A stretch of DNA of 64,000 nucleotides, taken from contig OZ244239.1 of the NCBI GenBank assembly GCA_965217115.1, forward strand, positions 288,001 through 352,000, read 5' to 3'. The DNA is from Bdellovibrionales bacterium (lineage in GTDB: Bacteria > Bdellovibrionota > Bdellovibrionia > Bdellovibrionales > CAYMLA01). Made by a program: the position numbers and the translations under genes. Shown here in pieces: positions 39,931 to 50,109 of this stretch. The notes under the pieces were generated by a model. The model was not told the DNA's origin, ran no database searches, and was given only the letters and a program-made list of their open reading frames with translations. Every line of letters starts with the position of its first letter. Within the stretch, counting starts at the first letter, position 1.

Positions 39931-41101
39931 TATAAAATTCGGTCTATTGTTAATCACACTGCTCATTCCCTTCTCTTCATGGTCACGTCCAGAGTATGCC
40001 AATAGAGTTAAAACAAATTGCAGCGCCTGCCACTATAACCCTACAGGTGGAGGACCAAGAACTGTATTCGGTAAGACCTATGGCTCCCATGGTTTTAGTA
40101 TCGCAAAAAGCTCCCTGAAAGATTTAATATATGGAGACTTTCGCGCACTTTATTTTCTCCCCGAAAAACCTCTCAAAAGTAAAAATGGTGCTGCATTAAT
40201 GAAGGCCAGCTTAGCAGTCAATATTGAGATTGAAGACAACGATGAGAAAAAAATGTCTGCCCTATTCCACTATGATCTAGGTCTTCTCTCACATCAACCT
40301 GTTAGGGAGGCCTACATCAAATGGGCCACTAAGGAATCTAAGTTAATTATTGGTCGATTCTATTTACCCTTTGGACTCTTAACAGACGAACATCGAACAT
40401 ACACAAAAATTCAAATCAATACCTCACTAAGAAATTTTGAACTCGGCGCACTCTATTCAAATGATTTAATGCAAGAACTCCACTATGATGTCTCCCTCAC
40501 AAATGGACTCAGATCTTCTGGTGGAGACTTTACAGAAAATGGTGATCAAACCTTTGCCATCAACGTCAATTTCAGATGGAACCCCATTGGGAAATCATTT
40601 CTACTCGGCAGCAGTATCCTACATCAAGCAAGTCAAAAATATCGTCCACAACCCTTGGCCACTTCTATTTACGGTGTCTGGGCTTTAGATCAAATGTGGG
40701 CTCAGCTTCCAAAAATAGATGTCCTCAGTGAAGTCGTTTTGGCTGACGGCTTTAACCAAGGTGAATTTAATCCATGGATACCTATCTACTTTACTGGAGA
40801 ACATCAAACTTGGAACGATAATCTCCAACTTAGCCAATCCTTGGGGCTTTTACTAAAACTAAAATGGACAATTAACAATCACTGGAAACTCCATTATAAA
40901 TTCGATAGAATTCTATTAGATTCCAGATTTGGCGGAGATCAATTCACCAGACATGGTCTTGGTTTCGGATATCAGTGGAGCTCTAATTCATCCCTGTCAG
41001 TCAGATTAGAAAAGGCCTTCGTTGGACGCGATGATTTTAATACCGACCGAATACTGGCTGCACAAAATGCCATTCATGCAGTATTTAGAACATGGTTTTG
41101 A
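39917..41101 (+). CDS. Cytochrome c-porin fusion (Cyc2-like outer-membrane beta-barrel)
   Basis: Signal peptide, then PEYAN..CSACH..P.GGG..FGK.Y...GF; GRFYLPFGL; alternating beta strands; terminal Phe (VFRTWF). Confidence 0.7.
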   Translation: MRKDNIKFGLLLITLLIPFSSWSRPEYANRVKTNCSACHYNPTGGGPRTVFGKTYGSHGFSIAKSSLKDLIYGDFRALYFLPEKPLKSKNGAALMKASLAVNIEIEDNDEKKMSALFHYDLGLLSHQPVREAYIKWATKESKLIIGRFYLPFGLLTDEHRTYTKIQINTSLRNFELGALYSNDLMQELHYDVSLTNGLRSSGGDFTENGDQTFAINVNFRWNPIGKSFLLGSSILHQASQKYRPQPLATSIYGVWALDQMWAQLPKIDVLSEVVLADGFNQGEFNPWIPIYFTGEHQTWNDNLQLSQSLGLLLKLKWTINNHWKLHYKFDRILLDSRFGGDQFTRHGLGFGYQWSSNSSLSVRLEKAFVGRDDFNTDRILAAQNAIHAVFRTWF

Positions 41102-41155
41102 CTCCATAGACAAAGACCCATGACCTTTAATCATTGACGATAATGGTGGAAATGT

Positions 41156-42058
41156 TTAACAGGGAATTAAATCTTTCTTTAGCTCTTCTGGAGGCTCTTC
41201 CGACCACAAACTCAACACAAACCCCCCACAACCTGAACCCGTTGGTTTTACTGAAGCAGCTCCATGGTCTTTTAAAAAAAACATATGCTCATTCAACTTG
41301 CTCGAAAGAAGATCCCATTCCTGAAAACACTCTCTAGCTAATTCAATACCCTTGCATAAAAGCGGGAATCCCTCTGCCTCTCCACAAGCTAACGCTTTTT
41401 CACATAAATCCACTGCCTCAGACATTTTACCATCCAGAGAGGTTAAAACTTCTGGGGCCTTCTCACCCATTTTCTGCACTCTCTGCACACAATCACTCGT
41501 ATTTGATTTTTCACCACTATAAGATAAAAACCAATGGGGTTGCCACTTGATTTCCAATGGACGGCGAACTCCTTTTTTTTCAAAGTAAAGCCCTCTACCA
41601 CCTAGTGCCACAGCAATGTCTAATCCACTGCTCTGCCCATGGAACAGGTCTTCCAATCCACGGGCAAACTCATAGACTTCCGACTCTCTCTTTAAACCCA
41701 AGGCCGCCACCCAACGGGAGATAATCACACACAGAGACGCCGAAGCACCGATACCAGCCCCAAAGGGCAAGTTATTATGAACAACCAACTCACCCTTGAT
41801 AGCCTCCAAAGTAACTTCGCACTCCTTCAAAGCACGATCAATCACCTCTTGCACCGTCTTATGTAAGTTTTGATCAATCTCGCAATGAACATGCAAAGAG
41901 AATTTCTGATCTGTCTTCGTATAACTAAGAGTCATCTTCTTACCAATGACAGGAAACACCAGCGCTGGACAACCCCTAAGAACAGAGTGTTCACCCGCTA
42001 AAATCCACTTTCCATAGGCCTCAGTTTTGAATATTCCTGCCATCTCTGACTCTTCCAT
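41156..42058 (-). CDS. mvk: Mevalonate kinase (GHMP family)
   Basis: GKWILAGEHSV, PFGAGIGASA, HGQSSGLD, KPTGSGCGG. Confidence 0.88.
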   Translation of the reverse strand: MEESEMAGIFKTEAYGKWILAGEHSVLRGCPALVFPVIGKKMTLSYTKTDQKFSLHVHCEIDQNLHKTVQEVIDRALKECEVTLEAIKGELVVHNNLPFGAGIGASASLCVIISRWVAALGLKRESEVYEFARGLEDLFHGQSSGLDIAVALGGRGLYFEKKGVRRPLEIKWQPHWFLSYSGEKSNTSDCVQRVQKMGEKAPEVLTSLDGKMSEAVDLCEKALACGEAEGFPLLCKGIELARECFQEWDLLSSKLNEHMFFLKDHGAASVKPTGSGCGGFVLSLWSEEPPEELKKDLIPC

Positions 42059-42085
42059 ATTTAACCCTTCTTAATCGCATTAAAT

Positions 42086-43087
42086 TCATGAAAAATCACG
42101 ACTGTCAATCACTGAGAACTTTCCATTAAAAGAAGCGCTTAAAGAATCCAATATCTCTGCCTGATCCTCTCTAAACAATAAGTGTACATTCGCTCCAGCA
42201 TCCATAGTTACAATGGGACCATCAGAAAATTGATTCCACTGCTCACGCACGGTCTCTAAAACTTCCAAAGACCCGGAAGACATATAACCAAATGGCGGAC
42301 AACTCGTCTCAAACAGAGAATGCATGTCCCAAAACTCTGACCATGTGACTTCATAAGCCCTACGCCAGTCTTTCTTAATAAGGGCCTCTTTTAATTCCCT
42401 TAGTCTGTCTTCAGCACGAGTCACTCGACCTGAAAACAAAGCACTTTCCAAAATTTTTACATGGGCTGCAGAAGATGACACCTCTTTCTTCTCTTTACTC
42501 ACCACCACGCATAAGTGCAGTAGATGATTGTAAGGTATTTTGCTAATCTCTTTAACTCCCTCTTGACCCCACTCTACCCAAGAATTTATATTCCTCGATT
42601 CCATAAAAGAACGGCACGACGATCCCGACCCCCTACGACTCAATTCTATCATTTCAAGAAGAGACAACTCCTTTCCCGTCTCTTCACCCAGAGCCTGACA
42701 AGCGGCCAAAGTTAAAGCGGCAAAACTCGATGCAGAACTTGCCAGCCCACAGTCAGATGGGAATCCATTGGTAGAACGAACGTTAAAGTTTCCCACATAG
42801 GAAAACTCCTTTTTTATCGCACTCAAATGATTCAAATATCTTTTCTGTCCCTCTTCTGAAAGCTCGACTTGAAAACCTCCCTTGCTAAAGGTCTTTGTCA
42901 AAGGCTTCCAACTGTCACAAGTGTCATCTGTTTTTTCAATCTCAACATAGGATCGTAAATGCCCAAGAGTGTACGATAGTGAAGAGTTTGTAGGCTTGTT
43001 TACACTCGTATCCGATTTACCCATGTACTTAATCAATGCAATATTAGAGGGGGCTGAGGCTTTCCATGTTTTCATCTCACACACCAC
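42086..43087 (-). CDS. mvaD: Diphosphomevalonate decarboxylase
   Basis: NIALIKYMGK, GLASSAS, RRGSGSSCRS, TMDAGANVH. Confidence 0.95.
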   Translation of the reverse strand: MVCEMKTWKASAPSNIALIKYMGKSDTSVNKPTNSSLSYTLGHLRSYVEIEKTDDTCDSWKPLTKTFSKGGFQVELSEEGQKRYLNHLSAIKKEFSYVGNFNVRSTNGFPSDCGLASSASSFAALTLAACQALGEETGKELSLLEMIELSRRGSGSSCRSFMESRNINSWVEWGQEGVKEISKIPYNHLLHLCVVVSKEKKEVSSSAAHVKILESALFSGRVTRAEDRLRELKEALIKKDWRRAYEVTWSEFWDMHSLFETSCPPFGYMSSGSLEVLETVREQWNQFSDGPIVTMDAGANVHLLFREDQAEILDSLSASFNGKFSVIDSRDFS

Positions 43088-44042
43088 CCATGGCTACGAT
43101 AGGTAGGTCCTTACTAGAAAATAATTCGAGCAACGACTCTTTATAGTCATTCGCAAAAAAAACAAGTATCGTATCGGCCCCCATCGCTCCGCAACCTTTG
43201 GCCGCAAGAACTCCTCTCTCATTTTTAATAAAAGACAGCAACTCCTTCGTGTATGCTGCCACCCAATTTCTCTCAGAGAGAAGATCGCCATATTTTTTAA
43301 TACTCCCCAGAAATAAATCATCTAACCCTTCACGTAAAGACTTCTGTAACTCTAAAACCACCTCAGTAAAGTCATTTACATCACCCAACAATAATGAATT
43401 CAAATGCTCATGGGTGGATAACTTCTTCCCCGTACGCAAAATCAAATAACCCATATTAGAAAAGGGCCACGACAACTGAGAGTAGGGTGAATCTCCCTGA
43501 CAAGAATCAAAAAAAATAGCACTCTTATCCCCATGATCACCGTTATCAGTATTGCCTTCATCAATATACGTTCCAAAAAGCTGCGCTATCAAGTCAACAC
43601 CACTAGGTGGAATCCCGACCCCACTCCAAGCCATTGAACGATAAGCATCAAGTAACGAACCTGTTTCTAAGGACGAAATATCTGATAATTCCTCTAATGA
43701 TGGAGAATCTGCCGACAAAAGATACACCAACAGGAATTGTGCCGTTGAAGCTCCAAACCCACCTTGCCCTTTATGGGGGTCATAAAAGAAACAACTCTTC
43801 TGTGAAAACACTTCTGAATACAAATCCATCCACTTCCCCGCTGGACTTTTACAGTGTAACGCCTCACTAAGAAATTCCCCAATAAATTCACCACTCGATG
43901 CAGACCCATGGGCTTCATCTTGTTTAGATAAAAAACCACATTGAAAATAAGGTGCAGCCGTCAATAACACCGACGGACCACCCATCAACGTTGCATACTC
44001 ACCACATAAAAATGTCTTACTTGGAACTTTGCAGGTTTTCAT
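43077..44042 (-). CDS. GHMP kinase, probable phosphomevalonate kinase
   Basis: PSKTFLCGEY, GFGAS, PSGVD, KGCGAMGAD; inside the mevalonate operon. Confidence 0.7.
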   Translation of the reverse strand: MKTCKVPSKTFLCGEYATLMGGPSVLLTAAPYFQCGFLSKQDEAHGSASSGEFIGEFLSEALHCKSPAGKWMDLYSEVFSQKSCFFYDPHKGQGGFGASTAQFLLVYLLSADSPSLEELSDISSLETGSLLDAYRSMAWSGVGIPPSGVDLIAQLFGTYIDEGNTDNGDHGDKSAIFFDSCQGDSPYSQLSWPFSNMGYLILRTGKKLSTHEHLNSLLLGDVNDFTEVVLELQKSLREGLDDLFLGSIKKYGDLLSERNWVAAYTKELLSFIKNERGVLAAKGCGAMGADTILVFFANDYKESLLELFSSKDLPIVAMGGV

Positions 44043-45348
44043 ATCTCAGCTTACGAACCTCTTGTAAAACTTCAATGGCTTGACTCAAAGAGATTCTCTT
44101 CGTCGTCATTAACATTTTCTCTAACTGTTTACGCATTAAAGGGATTTCCTCTTCTCTAGCTCCCGCTCCTAAAGCTAAATTATTAATGTGTAGCTTCATA
44201 TGACCACGAACAATACCCTCATCGGTCAAAGCCTTCAACGCACCGAGATTCTGCACCAACCCCACTGCCGCAATCACAGATGACAACTCACCAGCCGACC
44301 CAACATTGAGCATATTCAAACACATCTTGGCCGTTGGATGTAAACTCGTCACCCCACCCACTGTTCCCACGATAATCGGGGCGCGCAGAGTTCCCACTAA
44401 GTTTTTTCCCTCTACCTTCCATTGAGTTAAAGAACGATAACGACCGCCACGAACACAATAGGCGTGCATTCCCGCCCCCACAGCACGCCAATCATTCCCT
44501 GTAGCAATTAAAATAGGGTCAACTCCATTAAGAACCCCTTTATTATTGGTCGCTGCACGATAGGGGTCTTGCTCGGCAAACAATGAAGCTTCTTCAATCT
44601 TGTGAGCCATCTCTAAATCAACATTCTCAATAGTAGCTCGAACTTCCGTCAATTTAGAATCAACGAGATTCGATAAAATACACATCGTCACCTTGTCGCC
44701 CGTTAACTTTTCAATATAGGGTTTTAAAAATTCACAGACCTGATTAATAATATTTGCACCCATCGCATTACAGGAGTTCAAATAAATATGAACCACTGCC
44801 ATATCACCGCCACTGCCGTCATCTTTTCTCGGTACACGACGAACCGTGATATCTCCCACGCCGCCACCACGCTTAACCATATTTACGACAGCTTTCTCGT
44901 TACACATTTCTATAAGACGTGACTTATGATCTTCTATCATCTGTGCAAATTTTCCATAATCTGTAACATGGGCCACCTGCACCTGCCCGATGATCTCATC
45001 ACCAATCATGCGACTCTCTATACGACCATTTTGCCTAATCCACTTAGCATTCTTACAACAGGCGGCCACGATGGATGTCTCTTCCACCGCCATAGGTACA
45101 ACGTAATCCTTGCCATCCACATTTAAATTAGTAATCACCCCCAGGGGTAACTGAAAATAACCAATCACATTCTCAATGAATTTCTCACCAAGAGTTGGGT
45201 CCTTGATTCCACCCTGATTTAAATACTCAATATCAACAGGATCTAAAGCGCCAAATTCAATCAAACGCCCAAAACGCTCTTCACGTGAGAGTTTTGAAAA
45301 GCCAGAAAACAGTGCGGAGACTGTGTCTTTTACGTCTTTCTTGTCCAT
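44017..45348 (-). CDS. mvaA: Class II HMG-CoA reductase
   Basis: ENVIG, EETSIVAA, AMGANIIN, GNDWRA, GHMKLH. Confidence 0.95.
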   Translation of the reverse strand: MDKKDVKDTVSALFSGFSKLSREERFGRLIEFGALDPVDIEYLNQGGIKDPTLGEKFIENVIGYFQLPLGVITNLNVDGKDYVVPMAVEETSIVAACCKNAKWIRQNGRIESRMIGDEIIGQVQVAHVTDYGKFAQMIEDHKSRLIEMCNEKAVVNMVKRGGGVGDITVRRVPRKDDGSGGDMAVVHIYLNSCNAMGANIINQVCEFLKPYIEKLTGDKVTMCILSNLVDSKLTEVRATIENVDLEMAHKIEEASLFAEQDPYRAATNNKGVLNGVDPILIATGNDWRAVGAGMHAYCVRGGRYRSLTQWKVEGKNLVGTLRAPIIVGTVGGVTSLHPTAKMCLNMLNVGSAGELSSVIAAVGLVQNLGALKALTDEGIVRGHMKLHINNLALGAGAREEEIPLMRKQLEKMLMTTKRISLSQAIEVLQEVRKLRYENLQSSK

Positions 45349-46382
45349 ACCTGTCTCTGTCGTAATTCCTCTAGATTTTCACAGCCCGTGCAAAACATCG
45401 CTGTCCTTAACTCAAACTCCAACTGCTCCATCTCTTGCAACAGTGATTCATAACCCTCAATGGCCGCCTTCATCATCGGCATCGCAACACCAACCATTCC
45501 AGCACCCATAGCCAATAACTTAGCACCATCGACTCCTGAACGAACTCCCCCAGAAGCCCAGACATGGTAATCTTTTTTTATCTCAAGAGCACTCAACATC
45601 GAATTCACTGTACTAATGCCCCAATCCTGAAAAGACGTGAACGCCTTAGCCCGCGTGTCGTTTTCACCAGCCCTTAAACTTTCAACCCTTCCCCAATGGG
45701 TCCCACCAAGACCACTCACATCCACAGCAAAAACACCCAAACCAATGAGCTTCTGTAATGTTCTCTGTGATAATCCCGTTCCTGTTTCCTTCACAATGAC
45801 TGGAACCGATAGCCCTTGGCAGAGGCGAGAGATCGCCTCCGTTCCACCACGGAAATCAGTCGTTCCCTCTGGTTGAAAACACTCCTGCAAAGGGTTCAAG
45901 TGAACCACCATCGCCCCAGCACCGAGACTCTTCACTAATTTTTCTACACTGCTCACGGGAGTTTTAATCAACTGCGCCACACCAATATTGCCAAGAAATA
46001 AGACATCAGGCGCAAGCTCTCTGACCCTCTTCCACTCATCTCCTGCATCAGAATCTAATAACTCCTTGCGCTGGGAACCCACACCCATCACCCAATTTTT
46101 TTTCTGAGCCCCACGGGCCAATGTCTGATTAATAGATAACGAATCCCCATGACCAGCCGTCATACAGCTAATAAAGAATGGACTGTTTATTTTTTTAGAA
46201 AACAACGAACACTCAATAGAGACATCGGAACAATTAATATCAGGTAAAGCCTCATGGATAAGATCAATATCCTCAAATCCCGACAGTCCAAAGGCTTGAG
46301 TTCTCCCATCCAAAGCTAAACGAATATGATCTCGTTTACGCTCTTCAAAAATTTTATTTTTCTCAATATCTGTAAGAGCCAT
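45330..46382 (-). CDS. fni: Type 2 isopentenyl-diphosphate isomerase
   Basis: RKRDHI, MTAG, GVGSQR, HLNPLQE..QPEG, VKETG, GGT.W, SGGVR. Confidence 0.95.
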   Translation of the reverse strand: MALTDIEKNKIFEERKRDHIRLALDGRTQAFGLSGFEDIDLIHEALPDINCSDVSIECSLFSKKINSPFFISCMTAGHGDSLSINQTLARGAQKKNWVMGVGSQRKELLDSDAGDEWKRVRELAPDVLFLGNIGVAQLIKTPVSSVEKLVKSLGAGAMVVHLNPLQECFQPEGTTDFRGGTEAISRLCQGLSVPVIVKETGTGLSQRTLQKLIGLGVFAVDVSGLGGTHWGRVESLRAGENDTRAKAFTSFQDWGISTVNSMLSALEIKKDYHVWASGGVRSGVDGAKLLAMGAGMVGVAMPMMKAAIEGYESLLQEMEQLEFELRTAMFCTGCENLEELRQRQVWTRKT

Positions 46383-46450
46383 GATATCACAGTACCAAAG
46401 TTTGGCGGTAAAGACAGTCTCGAAAGTAACAAAAGTCTCTGCAAATCAGT

Positions 46451-46478
46451 TAATAGGTAAATAAATATTTACCTATTA
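46451..46478 (-). terminator. Hairpin after rplT, possible terminator
   Basis: Perfect 12-bp inverted repeat taataggtaaat-aaat-atttacctatta; weak U tail. Confidence 0.5.
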
Positions 46479-46826
46479 CTAAGTACTCACTTCTTTTACA
46501 ATAGCGGTGAATCCAGCTACATCAAAAACAGCCATATCAGCTAGGATTTTACGATCTAATTCTATCCCTGACTTCTTCAATGCACCAATAAGACGGGAGT
46601 ACGTTGTGCCATTCATACGGGCTGCCGCATTTATTCTCTGTGTCCAAAGACGACGAAAGCTCCGCTTTTTAACACGACGGTCGCGGTAGGCAAATGCCAG
46701 TGCACGATCATTTCTCTCAATAGCAACAGTGAATGTGCGACTTCCTGCCGAGTAATAACCCTTCGCACGTTTTAAAACTTTATTTCTTCTTCTTCGAGCT
46801 TTAAAGCCTCTCTTGACTCTAGGCAT
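46479..46826 (-). CDS. rplT: 50S ribosomal protein L20
   Basis: [24 protein letters not shown]. Confidence 0.98.
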   Translation of the reverse strand: MPRVKRGFKARRRRNKVLKRAKGYYSAGSRTFTVAIERNDRALAFAYRDRRVKKRSFRRLWTQRINAAARMNGTTYSRLIGALKKSGIELDRKILADMAVFDVAGFTAIVKEVST

Positions 46827-46891
46827 GATATTCCTCCAGTGGTCTCTTTACTGTATTTTAATGATTTTTACGGTTTTCTTAAAGTGATAGA

Positions 46892-47083
46892 TTAAAAAAC
46901 AAGGAGTCGACGGGCTTCACCCATGTTTGTCCCATGGACATAGGATGTATCATCCAAATGTCGCTTAGTCTTGGAACTCATATGGGAGAGCAAATGTCTC
47001 ATACGAGTTTGCCCTCTTTTAACCTTACCGTTACCGACTTGGCGGAGACGCTTCTTAGCGCCACTGTGGGTTTTAGTTTTCAT
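46892..47083 (-). CDS. rpmI: 50S ribosomal protein L35
   Basis: KTHSGAKKR, RHLL; between infC and rplT. Confidence 0.93.
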   Translation of the reverse strand: MKTKTHSGAKKRLRQVGNGKVKRGQTRMRHLLSHMSSKTKRHLDDTSYVHGTNMGEARRLLVF

Positions 47084-47169
47084 CTTTTCATCCTTTCACT
47101 AAAGGGGCGGTAAATATATATGATTTACTCTTGTTCTAGCCCATTCTAGCCATTTAACATAGACGGACA

Positions 47170-47198
47170 AATTTACCCTATCCCGCTATGCATCGCAA
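47170..47198 (-). promoter_or_regulatory. Possible sigma70 promoter for rpmI-rplT
   Basis: TTGCGA-17 nt-TAAATT. Confidence 0.4.
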
Positions 47199-47275
47199 GT
47201 TTAAAGTGGTCTAAAGAAGACATCTTATCATTTAGCTCTCTATTATAATTATATGACCCCTTGGGATATCAACAT

Positions 47276-47899
47276 CTAAATACTGCTGACATTCTCTTCC
47301 TTGTTTTGCTTATCTTCCTTTGCCAGTTTATCTTCGTAGGCCTTAACTTTAACCGCATCAGGAGCCATCAAAGTAAACATCTGACGACCTTCCATCTTTG
47401 GAGGAGCCTCAGAAACAGCCACTTCCCCTAAAATCTCCACCACTCGCTTCAATAAATTTAAACCCACTTCTTGGTGGGCCATCTCCCGTCCTAAGAAACG
47501 CAAATTGACCTTCACCTTATCTCCACTCAATAAAAACTTCCGGGCATTGCGCATCTTCACCATCAAATCATGCTCATCTGTACGGGGGCGTAATTGAATT
47601 TCTTTTGTATTAATAACCGTTTGCCTCTTACGGGACTCATTGGCTTTCTTCTTGGCCTCGTATTTCCACTTCCCATAATCCATAATCTTACACGTGGGAG
47701 GTGTCGCATTGGGGGCAATCTCAATTAAGTCCATGCCAATATCCTCAGCCATTTGCAGAGCATTAGGCACCGACATCACTCCAGACACCTCACCACCAGC
47801 CCCAATCACACGCACCTCAGAAGCACGAATGTTTCCATTAATGCGGTAACGCTCTTTCTCTCTTAAATCCTTACCTCTCTTACCCTTAAAACTCTTGAT
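47276..47899 (-). CDS. infC: Translation initiation factor IF-3, probable ATC start
   Basis: RINGNIRASEVRVI upstream of the listed start; CKIMDYGK, GREMAH; GGAGG 6 nt before the in-frame ATC at 47899. Confidence 0.93.
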   Translation of the reverse strand: MKSFKGKRGKDLREKERYRINGNIRASEVRVIGAGGEVSGVMSVPNALQMAEDIGMDLIEIAPNATPPTCKIMDYGKWKYEAKKKANESRKRQTVINTKEIQLRPRTDEHDLMVKMRNARKFLLSGDKVKVNLRFLGREMAHQEVGLNLLKRVVEILGEVAVSEAPPKMEGRQMFTLMAPDAVKVKAYEDKLAKEDKQNKEENVSSI

Positions 47900-47921
47900 G
47901 ATAGGCCTCCTTTGGCATCAA

Positions 47922-49853
47922 TTAAAAAGAACTCTTTATATGTCTGTTTCTAATCTCAGCCAATAAAGGTTCTATAAATTCAATCTCGTTTAATCCCTGG
48001 AGAGTTTCCCCGTTGGGCAGGCGCAAAGAAATCTTCCTCTCCTCCGCTTCCCGATCTCCAATAATCAGCATATAAGGTACCTTATGTAACTGAGCCTCAC
48101 GGATTTTTCTATTTAATTTTTCATTGCGTTGGTCAAAAACAGCTCTGACTCCCTGAGAACGTAAACTATGCAAAAGCTCTGTGCAATAATCATTCACCCG
48201 ATCAGTCACATTTAAGATAATCACCTGCTCTGGAGACAGCCAAGTGGGCAAACGCCCCCCCGTATGCTCCAAATACACACCAATAAATCTCTCCAAAGAA
48301 CCCAAAATCGCCCGATGAAGCATCACTGGACGATGTTCATGGTTATCCTCACCCACATAAGACAATTCAAAAGATTCTGGCATATTAAAATCACACTGCA
48401 AAGTCCCCAATTGCCAGGGCCTTTTCAAGGCGTCCACAAACATAATATCCAGCTTAGGGCCGTAAAAAGCTCCCTCACCGGGGGTCACCTCATAGGGCAA
48501 TTTCAGACGCTTCAATCCTTTTTCTAATGACCCTTCAGCTTTATCCCAAACATCATCAGTGCCCATGCGCTTTTCAGGCCGAGTAGACAAATAGACTTTG
48601 TACTCTGACATACCCAATGCCTCATAGGTCTCTGTCAGCATTTTCATAAAACCTTCAATTTCATCCTGCATCTGATCAAGGGTGCAAAAAATATGGGCGT
48701 CGTCCTGACAAAACGTCCTCACTCGCGTCAAACCATGGACAACTCCACTTCTCTCATAACGATGTAAACGACCAAAATCCGCAATTCGCCAAGGCAATTC
48801 ACGGTAGGATTTTTTCTCTGCTCCATAGAGTACACAATGTCCTGGACAGTTCATCGGTTTCACAGAAAAATCTCTCTCATCAATTTTTGTGAAATACATG
48901 TTATGGGAATAATTTTCGTAATGCCCCGAACGCTTATAAATATCCACATCAAAAATCTGAGGAGTGATCACCTCCTGATAATTATACTTTGCATGAAGCT
49001 CTCTCATCAAATCCTGTAAACTTCGATATATCGTCGTGCCCTTCGGAGTAAAAAATGGCGCCGCTGGAGAGTACCTATGGAAGTGGAACAACCCCAATTC
49101 CTTTCCCAGTTTTCTATGATCTCTCTTCTTCGCCTCTTCCAAACGATAGAGATAATCCTGCATATCTTTTTTATCCACAAATGCCGTTGCATAAATACGC
49201 TGCAACCGTTCACGACTCTCATCACCTCGCCAATAGACCCCTGCTATAGACAGCACTTTGAACGCCTTGATTTGACTTGTCCTCTGCACATGGGGTCCTC
49301 GACATAAATCAAGCCATTCACCCTGCCTATAGACAGTGACTTCCTCAGTTGCCAGATCTTCAATGATTTCTTTTTTAAAAGACTCTCCGATTTTTAAAAA
49401 ATATTCGACCGCTTTTTTAGATTCCCAAGTCTCTTTCACCAAATTATCATTGCGCTTAATGATCTCAGACATTTTTTTCTCAATGCGCAAAAGACAATCT
49501 TCAGTGAAAGGATTTTCTGTTTCAAAATCGTAATAGAAACCTTCGTTAATCACAGGGCCAATAGTGATCTTCACCCCAGGCCATAACTCTTTCACTGCTT
49601 GCGCCATCACGTGGGCCGCTGAATGGCGAATCACCTCATTAGCTTCAAGATGATCTTTGATTGTTATAATTTCTAAACGTGTCCCATCTTCAAGAATTGT
49701 CCGTAAATCTATGACATCTTTGCCGCCATCAAGTCTAGCTCCAATGGTTTCCTTGGCAAGTCGGCTTCCTATACTCTCAGCAACTTCAAGAACTGTGGGT
49801 TTGTGCGGGAACTCTTTAACCGATTCATCCGGTAGAATAACTTTGACTGACAT
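47922..49853 (-). CDS. thrS: Threonine-tRNA ligase
   Basis: RHSAAH, DLCRGPH, RDHRKLG, KPMNCPGH, GAFYGPK, HRAILGSLERF. Confidence 0.99.
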   Translation of the reverse strand: MSVKVILPDESVKEFPHKPTVLEVAESIGSRLAKETIGARLDGGKDVIDLRTILEDGTRLEIITIKDHLEANEVIRHSAAHVMAQAVKELWPGVKITIGPVINEGFYYDFETENPFTEDCLLRIEKKMSEIIKRNDNLVKETWESKKAVEYFLKIGESFKKEIIEDLATEEVTVYRQGEWLDLCRGPHVQRTSQIKAFKVLSIAGVYWRGDESRERLQRIYATAFVDKKDMQDYLYRLEEAKKRDHRKLGKELGLFHFHRYSPAAPFFTPKGTTIYRSLQDLMRELHAKYNYQEVITPQIFDVDIYKRSGHYENYSHNMYFTKIDERDFSVKPMNCPGHCVLYGAEKKSYRELPWRIADFGRLHRYERSGVVHGLTRVRTFCQDDAHIFCTLDQMQDEIEGFMKMLTETYEALGMSEYKVYLSTRPEKRMGTDDVWDKAEGSLEKGLKRLKLPYEVTPGEGAFYGPKLDIMFVDALKRPWQLGTLQCDFNMPESFELSYVGEDNHEHRPVMLHRAILGSLERFIGVYLEHTGGRLPTWLSPEQVIILNVTDRVNDYCTELLHSLRSQGVRAVFDQRNEKLNRKIREAQLHKVPYMLIIGDREAEERKISLRLPNGETLQGLNEIEFIEPLLAEIRNRHIKSSF

Positions 49854-50109
49854 AAACGTCCAACGACTCCCTAAAACAATAAACAGCTTACCTAAGCTCG
49901 TTATTTTACTCTCAAATCATACAAAATACCAATTTTTAAAAGGCTCTCATCGGTTTTTCGCTATGTGCGTCAAACTGCCTCCCCCATGTCTGATACTCAA
50001 ACTAACTGCCATTTCCTCCCGTCAGCTGTTAAGCATCGAATCTATTGCTTGCTTTCATTTATTTTTTTTTGATAGAGTTTTTTCTCATTTAAATAAGTGG
50101 GAGAAACCA

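Noticed and set aside
49657..50109. N-terminal extension of the CBS protein
   Set aside because: Overlaps thrS antisense; a good RBS and ATG exist at 50110.
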